A DNA stretch of 13,475 nt, from NCBI GenBank assembly GCA_002317795.1, contig NVWC01000003.1, positions 65,311-78,785 of the forward strand, in the 5' to 3' direction. How positions within the stretch are numbered: the stretch's first letter is position 1; each line of letters opens with the position of its first letter. The position numbers and the translations under genes are program-made. A model generated the notes under the pieces. The model saw only the letters and a program-made list of their open reading frames with translations. It was not told the DNA's origin and ran no database searches. Positions 1 to 6,695 of the stretch are shown piece after piece. The stretch comes from Nitrososphaerota archaeon (GTDB taxonomy: Archaea > Thermoproteota > Nitrososphaeria > Nitrososphaerales > Nitrosopumilaceae).

Positions 1-43
1 TTAAGCTAATTATTTTAATCTGATGAATGATTTCACAAAGTTG

Positions 44-253
44 TTAATCCCAATCATCTAATGAACCAGCAGTTTGACCCTCAGTACTACCTGTATAGTC
101 TCCTAGAATATCTGAATATTTTTCTTCATTATGTGCTACAAATTTAATATATTCACCATAACTCATATCCAAACCACATGAATCACATGTCACAGAAGTA
201 AAATCCATTGTTAATTCAGCATTTTCTTTACATTTTGGGCATATTATCTTCAT
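44..253 (-). CDS. Small Zn-ribbon protein (host), 69 aa
   Basis: CPKC and CDSC pairs, acidic C-terminus; outside the direct repeats. Confidence 0.75.
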   Translation of the reverse strand: MKIICPKCKENAELTMDFTSVTCDSCGLDMSYGEYIKFVAHNEEKYSDILGDYTGSTEGQTAGSLDDWD

Positions 254-366
254 GAATATTTTTTGTTATTGTTAATTATTTACTTTACCTTCAAAACGTT
301 GTTAATTCTTGACTGATTTTGAATCATCTTTGATGATAAATTTCTTGAAATGCTTTTTTAGATATT

Positions 367-528
367 TTACACTCTTACTAATTTTGGTAAATTTCTAGTC
401 AATCGGATTCTATTTTGTCTAATAAGCTCACTTGGATCGATTTCACTGGTTCCTGTACCATTACATGTTTTACATCCAAATTTGTTCACTCTACCAGTCC
501 CTTTACAATCTTCACACTGAATATTCAT
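367..528 (-). CDS. 53-aa protein with a DnaJ-type zinc finger (host); not in ORF track
   Basis: Hand translation MNIQCEDCKGTGRVNKFGCKTCNGTGTSEIDPSELIRQNRIRLTRNLPKLVRV*; two CxxCxGxG repeats. Confidence 0.75.
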   Translation of the reverse strand: MNIQCEDCKGTGRVNKFGCKTCNGTGTSEIDPSELIRQNRIRLTRNLPKLVRV

Positions 529-602
529 AACAAAATTTCCCTTTTCTAGTTAATAATATGGTGTTCCAAAAAAATAAAAAGAGTCTTTATTCCATTATTC
601 TT

Positions 603-881
603 ATGAGTAGAACTTGTACAAAATGTAAGAATTCCATTCCCGATGAGGAAGATCTCGGCGTCGTAGCTGAAAAATATCCTACATGCAAAAAATGTTGGGC
701 TGAATGGAAAGAATATCAAATAATGGTGATGAATGAAATGAAACTTGACATGTCTATGCTTGATCACCGAAAATTATTAAAAAAACACGAAAAAATCTTT
801 GTTGGTGTTTTATCTGCTGAAGGTGAAATAATTGATTACTCCAATGAAGATAATAGAAATCCTGAAAAACCTCCAGAGTAA
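603..881 (+). CDS. Fe(II)-trafficking / oxidative-damage-protection protein, YggX-like (host)
   Basis: CKKCWAEWKEYQIMVMNEMKLDMSMLDHRKLL resembles the YggX W-x2-W-x3-Q-x-M-x2-NE-x2-L...HRKLL pattern; ATG at 603 preferred over 558. Confidence 0.8.
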   Translation: MSRTCTKCKNSIPDEEDLGVVAEKYPTCKKCWAEWKEYQIMVMNEMKLDMSMLDHRKLLKKHEKIFVGVLSAEGEIIDYSNEDNRNPEKPPE

Positions 882-1343
882 TTAAAATTTTAAGTGTTTT
901 TTAGCATTATCTGGAATAACTAGCAATATTCTTCTTTTTTGTTCATTATCTAAATTATTGATGATTTTTTTGATTGCATTTGCAAGAACTTCTTTTTCAT
1001 TTTCCTCTAATGATAAAAACACCTCTAAAATTCCATCTAAATTGAAGGTGATCAGTTTTTGTGGATGTTGAGATGCTTCAATAATATATGCAAAAAATAA
1101 CCCTTCTCTCTGTTCATCTGAAAGAGTTGCTAAAATCTTTAGCCATGATTTGAATAGTTTTGAGAAATTTGGAAATGGAATCGTTGGTCCTGCTTCTAAG
1201 GCGTTATTTATGATCTCTTTTCTTTCTGGTTCAGATAATGTAAAAAATTCTATCATTCTTTTTTTCAAAATTGGATTTCTTAGAAAATCAGGAAGACTTG
1301 CTAAATTAATGATGATATTTCCTGCAAAATTCTCACCTACCAT
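882..1343 (-). CDS. Helical hypothetical protein (host)
   Basis: Long ORF whose stop abuts the stop of the convergent gene (881/882); ATG at 1343 (MVGENFAG), upstream TTG at 1352 possible. Confidence 0.75.
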   Translation of the reverse strand: MVGENFAGNIIINLASLPDFLRNPILKKRMIEFFTLSEPERKEIINNALEAGPTIPFPNFSKLFKSWLKILATLSDEQREGLFFAYIIEASQHPQKLITFNLDGILEVFLSLEENEKEVLANAIKKIINNLDNEQKRRILLVIPDNAKKHLKF

Positions 1344-1429
1344 AGATCTCAAAGAATCATTGTTGAATATTAAATCATTTGAAAATACTTTAGCTTAAAT
1401 AGAATATAGATAACGTGTTTACCTGACTA

Positions 1430-1468
1430 TTATGTCCGAAAACATCGGACATAAGTGCGGACATAAGT
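1430..1468. repeat. Palindrome TTATGTCCGA-N5-TCGGACATAA plus a tandem second CGGACATAAGT
   Basis: Arms at 1430-1439 and 1445-1454; CGGACATAAGT at 1446-1456 and 1458-1468; same core as the att repeat. Confidence 0.8.
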
Positions 1469-1482
1469 AAATTCTTAATTTT

Positions 1483-1584
1483 AGTCATAGCTATCAGTCA
1501 TAGCTAGTTGTAGCTAGATGTGCGTGATAAGGACTGTAATCATAGCTAGATATTACATTTCTATTCACAGCTAGTCATAGCTAG
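1483..1584 (+). repeat. Cluster of six AGCTA(G)-core repeats (iteron- or operator-like)
   Basis: AGTCATAGCTA at 1483, 1496, 1573; TAGCTAG at 1511; TCATAGCTAG at 1540; CAGCTAG at 1568. Confidence 0.7.
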
Positions 1585-1604
1585 TTTTCATTAATGAAAA
1601 ATAA

Positions 1605-1620
1605 TAATGTCCGATTCTAT
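1605..1620 (+). repeat. Putative attL, TAATGTCCGATTCTAT
   Basis: 16/16 identical to 13323-13338; upstream of the integrase. A 13-bp partial copy at 1688-1700 makes the exact left end uncertain. Confidence 0.7.
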
Positions 1621-1727
1621 TTTCATTATGTCCGTTAACGTTTTTCTATTTGACAACAAGGAAAAAAAGATATACTAACTGTTTAATATGTCCGATTCTA
1701 ATAATGTATAATGGCTTATGGTAGGAT

Positions 1728-1979
1728 TACTATTCATCGCAAATTTTTAGTTGTCCAGTAAATCCATGAGCCACTATTGATAATTATTATTTCCAGTTTT
1801 AGTATTTCAACACTACTATGCAAAAATCACATGATCACACTTTACTGAGAATCATAATTGATTAATGTCTGATGTGTCACATAAAAATTAGATCAACAAA
1901 GTTTACACTTGGATATACTTTTTTGACTCAGTAATAATCAAATAGTATATCCTTTCTCATTAAGTTGCGATGAATAGTA
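1728..1979. repeat. 15-bp perfect inverted repeat pair
   Basis: TACTATTCATCGCAA at 1728-1742 and TTGCGATGAATAGTA at 1965-1979. Confidence 0.8.
1911..1952. promoter_or_regulatory. Putative operator upstream of the integrase operon: GGATATAC-N26-GTATATCC
   Basis: Inverted octamers at 1911-1918 and 1945-1952; TCAAATAGTATATC (1938-1951) recurs exactly at 6487-6500. Confidence 0.6.
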
Positions 1980-2031
1980 TAGGCATATCTAAAACAGAAA
2001 TTTTCTGCATTAATTCGCAGGGAATTAACTA

Positions 2032-3336
2032 TTGTCTCTAGAGACTCAAAGCCAAGAATCTAGAACAGGACGAGCAATCAGACTTCATGGAAAAAAAGTC
2101 TCATGGAGTGAACTTTGTAATTACATTCTTGATCTAATTGAGAATGAAAAAATTACTGGAACTGATGCTTTATCCAAACAATTAGGAAAAACACCAAAGC
2201 AAACTAGACGATATTTGCTAAAAATGGCTCAAGATGGTAAAATCACTCTTGATGCTGATACTGGACGACTAGAAAAAACACAAAAAGCAGTCAATCATGA
2301 GAAATTTGAACGACTGCAGAAATCTGATTTTGGAAAAATTAGAGAAATAGGAAGATGGTTTGGAAATCTCACTTGCAAGCCAGCAGTAGCAGCCAATTAT
2401 CAATATTCTCTCAAAAGAATTTTTGATAAAATTATGGTAAATCCTTCTGCTGCACTAGCTTCAAAACAAGCATTTATTGAAACTTGGAAAACTTTCAAAG
2501 ATTTCAATGATGCAGATATGGGAGTTGGTCATGATCAATGTTATAGAATAGCATTTAGAAGTCTAGGAGATGAGTTTGATTATCACATCAATCTTGCATT
2601 AGGAAAAAAAATTGGACTAACATCAAAACACGATTCATACAAAAAATATGCCGGAGCTGCACTTTCTACAACTCTAACAAAAATTATCGGTAAAGAAATG
2701 CTAGAGAATGGAGATTTTGAAGTCTATACTTGGTTTAGAATTGGATGCAGAACCGGAGGCAGAACTGGAGCAATAGCTTCAATGACATGGGATAAAATTG
2801 TATTTGATGAAGAAAATTTTGAAGTAGCACAACACGAAACAAAAGATCCAAGAGGCGATGAATGGATTGGAGAGGATGGAGAATGGCAAAGAAAACTTCC
2901 AGCTATTGATCTCCTACACGTTTTAAAACATTGGAAAAATCTCGATGAATCTCCAAATTCAAAATTTGTTTGGTTTGAAGATAAAGGATCTGATATTGCA
3001 AACAGAAAAGCAATTCTAAAAATTAGAAGTAGAGTAATCAAAACTCTCAGAAGATATCTAGAACAACACTACGATGAAATGGATCTGCTAACAAGAGAAT
3101 ATGCACAGATTGAACCCGGTCACTTGTTGAGACATACATTCGCACAACTTCTCAGAGATGAAGGTGCAACAAGTGAACAAATCAGAGTTGCCGGATGCTG
3201 GAAATCTGCAGAAATTATTTCATGGTACACAGCAGCTTCAAAATCTGAAAAAGATGTTATCAAGAGAATAGGAGCTAAAGTTGATTCATTTTCTCAAGAA
3301 GAATCTGACATCATGCTTGGAGGTAAGAAAAATTGA
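2032..3336 (+). CDS. Tyrosine recombinase/integrase with N-terminal winged-HTH-like domain
   Basis: Catalytic motifs TGGRTGAI (R), HETK (K, tentative), HLLRHTFA (HxxR), AGCW (H/W), SWYT (Y); N-terminal TDALSKQLGKTPKQTRRYLLKMAQDGKI is wHTH-like; TTG start. Confidence 0.92.
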   Translation: MSLETQSQESRTGRAIRLHGKKVSWSELCNYILDLIENEKITGTDALSKQLGKTPKQTRRYLLKMAQDGKITLDADTGRLEKTQKAVNHEKFERLQKSDFGKIREIGRWFGNLTCKPAVAANYQYSLKRIFDKIMVNPSAALASKQAFIETWKTFKDFNDADMGVGHDQCYRIAFRSLGDEFDYHINLALGKKIGLTSKHDSYKKYAGAALSTTLTKIIGKEMLENGDFEVYTWFRIGCRTGGRTGAIASMTWDKIVFDEENFEVAQHETKDPRGDEWIGEDGEWQRKLPAIDLLHVLKHWKNLDESPNSKFVWFEDKGSDIANRKAILKIRSRVIKTLRRYLEQHYDEMDLLTREYAQIEPGHLLRHTFAQLLRDEGATSEQIRVAGCWKSAEIISWYTAASKSEKDVIKRIGAKVDSFSQEESDIMLGGKKN

Positions 3337-3851
3337 AAAAACCTCAAAGCTTCTCCTGTGAAGAATCAAAATGGACAGCTTTAGAGCCTATTGCAAAAAA
3401 AGAAGGACTATCAAGAAATCAAGTAATTCAAAAATATATTGATAGAGTTGTTGCAACTGGAGAAATAGAGCCTAAATCTCAAACTCAAGGATCTATTGAT
3501 TCTCAACTAAAAGCAGAACAACTGACAAAAGCACAAAATTCAAACTCTGTTTTTGATCTCAAGAAAAGAGAACTAACTGCTAATGTAGAAATCAAAGAGT
3601 ATCATGCAAACAGTCTAGGAACAATAGGTGCAACACCTTCTCCAGCAGCTCATCGAGCTATGGAACACTATGTCAACCAAACTCAACCATACGATGAGAA
3701 AGCAATTCATTGTCCAGATTGTAAATGGCAAACAAGCTCTAGAGATACTACAAACTATCAAATCAATTCTCTAGTTGGTCACATGAAGATTGAACATCTA
3801 AGAGCACTAACTGAAAAAGAATCTGAACAATTAACGGAGTTGTTGATTTGA
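3333..3851 (+). CDS. DNA-binding protein: N-terminal ribbon-helix-helix plus C-terminal C2H2 Zn finger
   Basis: QSFSCEESKWTALEPIAKKEGLSRNQVIQKYI fits RHH; CPDC...HMKIEH; TTGA overlap with the integrase stop, GGAGGT upstream. Confidence 0.75.
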   Translation: MKKPQSFSCEESKWTALEPIAKKEGLSRNQVIQKYIDRVVATGEIEPKSQTQGSIDSQLKAEQLTKAQNSNSVFDLKKRELTANVEIKEYHANSLGTIGATPSPAAHRAMEHYVNQTQPYDEKAIHCPDCKWQTSSRDTTNYQINSLVGHMKIEHLRALTEKESEQLTELLI

Positions 3852-4012
3852 GTAAAGAACTATTCTCTTTGAGAATTACAACTCAATATGTGGCAATTAA
3901 TTTTGGAAAGAAATTATTTTTTATTTCTCCAGAATGGATAAGTTTGAATTTACAATATAGAATTGTGTATTTTCAAAAAGTAACTTTGTCAAGATGGAGA
4001 AGTAAATTTTGA
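3848..4012 (+). CDS. 54-aa hypothetical protein; not in ORF track
   Basis: MSKELFSLRITTQYVAINFGKKLFFISPEWISLNLQYRIVYFQKVTLSRWRSKF*; TTGA overlaps at both ends. Confidence 0.6.
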   Translation: MSKELFSLRITTQYVAINFGKKLFFISPEWISLNLQYRIVYFQKVTLSRWRSKF

Positions 4013-4155
4013 TTGATGCAGAACTTTACAAAGTTCTAAAACATCTTAGAGAAAAACTTTGTCAAAAAATGGATGATGCACCTTTTCAAACTGGAGCTGT
4101 AATCCAACTGGAAAGACTTGATGCAATCGATACAATCATGGAGATGATAAGCTGA
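4009..4155 (+). CDS. 48-aa helical hypothetical protein; not in ORF track
   Basis: MIDAELYKVLKHLREKLCQKMDDAPFQTGAVIQLERLDAIDTIMEMIS*; TTGA overlap, GGAGA at 3996-4000. Confidence 0.65.
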   Translation: MIDAELYKVLKHLREKLCQKMDDAPFQTGAVIQLERLDAIDTIMEMIS

Positions 4156-4241
4156 TGGAACTATTTTGCAAACAATGCGGACGACCTGAAAGATACTGTA
4201 TCTGTTTCAAAAAATTTAGGGAGAGATTAATTGAAATCTGA
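4155..4241 (+). CDS. 28-aa four-cysteine microprotein; not in ORF track
   Basis: MELFCKQCGRPERYCICFKKFRERLIEI*; TGATG coupling, GGAG upstream; CxxC...CxC. Confidence 0.6.
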   Translation: MELFCKQCGRPERYCICFKKFRERLIEI

Positions 4242-4320
4242 TCTCTGGAATCCTATTTGCAGAAATAAAAAATCTGTTAGAACTCAAACAGGAATACAAA
4301 AAGGAATTGAAGAATTTTGA
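4231..4320 (+). CDS. 29-aa hypothetical microprotein; not in ORF track
   Basis: MKSDLWNPICRNKKSVRTQTGIQKGIEEF*; GGGAG upstream; fills the gap in the coupled chain. Confidence 0.45.
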   Translation: MKSDLWNPICRNKKSVRTQTGIQKGIEEF

Positions 4321-4478
4321 AATCAAAAATCATCAAAGATGAAAATGGAATCTCTTGGAGACAATATCGCACAAAATCCAAAGATGCTGGAGATTTCATA
4401 ACATCTGAAAAAATAACCTTTCTCAGTCGTAAAATCATTAATCAAAACAGCATGGTATCTGGGGAATCAAATCTATGA
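4317..4478 (+). CDS. 53-aa hypothetical protein; not in ORF track
   Basis: MKSKIIKDENGISWRQYRTKSKDAGDFITSEKITFLSRKIINQNSMVSGESNL*; TTGA and ATGA overlaps. Confidence 0.6.
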   Translation: MKSKIIKDENGISWRQYRTKSKDAGDFITSEKITFLSRKIINQNSMVSGESNL

Positions 4479-4624
4479 CTAGAGAGTGTCCTTTTTGTGA
4501 AATTCCAATACATTTCCTTTATGGTAGTAGAGGAGAAAAAGTTGAGATTTGGAATTGCAAACCATGCGGATTTGTAAGAATCTACACCGATTCAAATGTT
4601 GACATTGAGAGGTATCATCAATAA
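4475..4624 (+). CDS. 49-aa Zn-ribbon protein; not in ORF track
   Basis: MTRECPFCEIPIHFLYGSRGEKVEIWNCKPCGFVRIYTDSNVDIERYHQ*; CxxC-x19-CxxC; ATGA and TAATG overlaps. Confidence 0.75.
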   Translation: MTRECPFCEIPIHFLYGSRGEKVEIWNCKPCGFVRIYTDSNVDIERYHQ

Positions 4625-4824
4625 TGCAATTAGATCTTGAAGGATTTGAAATTCCTTACACTTGCAAAAAGTGTGGACGATGTTTTGCAACAATGCAACA
4701 ATCATCAAGACATCATGCAAGATTTCACAAAAACAAATACAGAAAATATACTTTGATTAATTTTACATTGGAAAATTATAGTCTAGTGTCAACTCAGGAG
4801 ATTCAAATTGAAATGTCAAACTGA
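4624..4824 (+). CDS. C2H2 zinc-finger protein, 66 aa
   Basis: YTCKKCGRCFATMQQSSRHHARFH matches Y-x-C-x2-C-x3-F-x8-H-x4-H. Confidence 0.8.
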   Translation: MQLDLEGFEIPYTCKKCGRCFATMQQSSRHHARFHKNKYRKYTLINFTLENYSLVSTQEIQIEMSN

Positions 4825-5077
4825 ATTAGAAAAAGAAAAATCTTTTCTGGAATTGTATTTTAATAGATACAGAAAACATTTGATTTGCCAACTGATGAGA
4901 GTTAAAAAAAACTTTACTCCATATACTACAGGTCAAAAAAGATGTAAAAAATGTGATGTTTATTATTCAATTCCAGATTCATATTGTCCTTGTTGTGGTT
5001 ATCAACTTAGAACAAAAGCTCGAAACAAAACAACAACACTTCATGATGAAATTAGGAGGAAAAAAGAAATTGACTAA
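4808..5077 (+). CDS. Zn-ribbon protein, 89 aa
   Basis: GQKRCKKC...YCPCCGYQLRTK; GGAG at 4797-4800 before the TTG. Confidence 0.75.
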   Translation: MKCQTELEKEKSFLELYFNRYRKHLICQLMRVKKNFTPYTTGQKRCKKCDVYYSIPDSYCPCCGYQLRTKARNKTTTLHDEIRRKKEID

Positions 5078-5204
5078 AGAAGGAACTATTGGATTAACAT
5101 TAAGAGAAGATTATTACAATAGATTAAAAATAATTGCAAAGATTAGAAAATTCAAATCAGTTCAACAAATGATCTACAAAACTTTTCTTGGAGTTTCAAA
5201 ATGA
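5070..5204 (+). CDS. 44-aa RHH-like DNA-binding protein
   Basis: MTKEGTIGLTLREDYYNRLKIIAKIRKFKSVQQMIYKTFLGVSK*; GGAGG at 5055-5059 supports TTG 5070 rather than the track start 4953. Confidence 0.65.
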   Translation: MTKEGTIGLTLREDYYNRLKIIAKIRKFKSVQQMIYKTFLGVSK

Positions 5205-5335
5205 ATTGTTGTATTCGTGGATGCCCTAAAACTAAAAAATCCTCAACCCATAATTGCTGGATGAATTGGGGAATGTGTGGAACTCATGCAAGAGAAATTG
5301 TTAGATTTTACAGAGATGTAAAAAAAAGAATGTAA
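5201..5335 (+). CDS. 44-aa Cys/His-rich putative Zn-binding protein; not in ORF track
   Basis: MNCCIRGCPKTKKSSTHNCWMNWGMCGTHAREIVRFYRDVKKRM*; ATGA overlap; stop abuts the convergent gene. Confidence 0.7.
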   Translation: MNCCIRGCPKTKKSSTHNCWMNWGMCGTHAREIVRFYRDVKKRM

Positions 5336-5560
5336 TTAAATTTGAAAAATATCTTTTACAAAAAAATATAATCCTGTTGGTACTCCTATTATAGTTCCAA
5401 TGACGCCGATTAATAATATGATTTTCTTAGATAATCTTTGTGTGCGTGTTGCTTCTGAATAATGTTTCCAGCAAAAATCTTTATCTTTAGAAGAATGTGT
5501 TGCAGGCTCTCCACATGATTCTTTATCACATGCTTTCTTTCGTCGATTAACTAAGGGCAT
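5336..5560 (-). CDS. 74-aa protein with a C-x4-C...C-x2-H motif and C-terminal transmembrane helix
   Basis: CDKESC...FCWKH, then IILLIGVIGTIIGVPTGLYFFV; ATG at 5560. Confidence 0.75.
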   Translation of the reverse strand: MPLVNRRKKACDKESCGEPATHSSKDKDFCWKHYSEATRTQRLSKKIILLIGVIGTIIGVPTGLYFFVKDIFQI

Positions 5561-5595
5561 GAAAAATATTATCAATAATTGATAATTTAATGATT

Positions 5596-5787
5596 CTAAA
5601 CAGCTGATTTTGGATGATAAATTTCTGCTTTCGTTTCTAATTTTGCAATTCTTTCTCCATGACTTCTAAACAGATTATCAAAACAACCCATTTTTTTAAG
5701 CATGAATAACCCAAATCCCGTGCCTACTGAGGTCACTATTGTTATGATTCCAAGAAAAAAGGTTTGAAGAGTCTCGATTTCACTCAA
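5596..5787 (-). CDS. 63-aa single-TM protein with short coiled-coil tail
   Basis: FFLGIITIVTSVGTGFGLFML hydrophobic segment followed by HGERIAKLETK; TTGA overlap with the upstream gene. Confidence 0.75.
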   Translation of the reverse strand: MSEIETLQTFFLGIITIVTSVGTGFGLFMLKKMGCFDNLFRSHGERIAKLETKAEIYHPKSAV

Positions 5788-5963
5788 GATTTCTCACTCA
5801 TGAACAGAAACGTTGCAGCTGATGCAATAGCACCTGAAACAATAGGAATCACACTCTCTGCAAGTGGCAGATCTAGTGCAGAGGTTGCAATTAATGCTCC
5901 AGTTCCTCCGATGATAACTATTGCAGCAGTAAATCTTGAAACAGGTTTCTCAATTTGTTCCAT
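5784..5963 (-). CDS. 59-aa two-TM hairpin membrane protein; not in ORF track
   Basis: MEQIEKPVSRFTAAIVIIGGTGALIATSALDLPLAESVIPIVSGAIASAATFLFMSEKS*; starts right after the upstream stop, GGAGG upstream. Confidence 0.8.
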   Translation of the reverse strand: MEQIEKPVSRFTAAIVIIGGTGALIATSALDLPLAESVIPIVSGAIASAATFLFMSEKS

Positions 5964-6383
5964 TTAGATTCTGCCTCCAGTTGTTTTTAATTTCTCAGCT
6001 CTTGAAATTATGTGGCTTTTTCTATCTGTTGGAATCATTCTCAACTGAGAATGAATTTCTTGGAATTTTTTTAACCAATCTTCATTTCTATATCTTTGAT
6101 TTTTGCGAATCAATTTCAAATATACTTTTGTTAGCAAATCAAAAGCTAAATTCTCAATTTTTTCTAGTTTGAATTTTTCTGCTAGTTGATTTACTAACTC
6201 TAATTCTTTCAAATATTCTGTAATGTTGTCTCTGTACAGGTTGCTTACTGTTCCTTGGTCATAATGTTGTTTGAAAGATATTATTTTTTGCTTTGCTGAT
6301 TCAACGGTTCTTACTCCAATAAAATGCGGATCTGAATTACCGTCTGTTATTTCTTTAGCTATTTGTTTTGGATCTATTCCCAT
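5964..6383 (-). CDS. Helical hypothetical protein, 139 aa
   Basis: First gene of the minus-strand operon, 20 nt downstream of the shared promoter element; no motif recognised. Confidence 0.75.
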   Translation of the reverse strand: MGIDPKQIAKEITDGNSDPHFIGVRTVESAKQKIISFKQHYDQGTVSNLYRDNITEYLKELELVNQLAEKFKLEKIENLAFDLLTKVYLKLIRKNQRYRNEDWLKKFQEIHSQLRMIPTDRKSHIISRAEKLKTTGGRI

Positions 6384-6403
6384 AAGTTACAAAATTAATT
6401 TTA

Positions 6404-6513
6404 CTATGTAACACCGGTATATCTAAAAAGGATATACGATATACTTTGTGACTAGGATATATCTATCCATTTTGGATATACCCGTGTCAAATAGTATATC
6501 TTAAAGTATATCC
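6404..6513. promoter_or_regulatory. Divergent promoter region with two copies of the shared promoter element and several GATATAC boxes
   Basis: Minus copy 6404-6425, plus copy 6475-6494; GATATAC or GTATATC at 6417, 6431, 6438, 6475, 6494, 6506. Confidence 0.75.
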
Positions 6514-6515
6514 TT

Positions 6516-6695
6516 ATGCCTAAATTTAAAAAATTGGTATGTCTCGATGAAAAATGTGGAGATATACTAAACTCAGAAAAAAATTATTCAAAATACATTA
6601 GAGATGCAATTATTTTTTATGACAACTCGAAAAAAAATATTGAAACTGTTGAAGCAACAGTACCTCAACCAATAGTTACGGAGCTTACATCTTGA
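6516..6695 (+). CDS. 59-aa RHH-like transcription regulator; not in ORF track
   Basis: MPKFKKLVCLDEKCGDILNSEKNYSKYIRDAIIFYDNSKKNIETVEATVPQPIVTELTS*; strand-helix-N-x-S-x-YIR-x-AI pattern; TTGA coupled to the next ORF. Confidence 0.7.
   Translation: MPKFKKLVCLDEKCGDILNSEKNYSKYIRDAIIFYDNSKKNIETVEATVPQPIVTELTS

Noticed and set aside
1430-1468. Xer/dif site
   Set aside because: The arms resemble dif half-sites, but dif has CATAA-N6-TTATG with the arms facing inward; here the order is reversed and no copy has a partner at 6-bp spacing.
1430-1700. CRISPR array or tRNA at the left junction
   Set aside because: Repeats are 7-16 bp, irregularly spaced and in both orientations; no cloverleaf or T-loop motif seen.
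2001-2024. Hairpin TTTTCTGC-N8-GCAGGGAA before the integrase start
   Set aside because: Short and dependent on G-U pairs; too weak to call a regulatory structure.
5784-5963. Two-helix hydrophobic protein as a spindle-shaped virus capsid protein
   Set aside because: The topology is superficially similar, but the gene lies outside the main structural operon, which has a better capsid candidate at 9423-10361; not fully excluded without a profile search.
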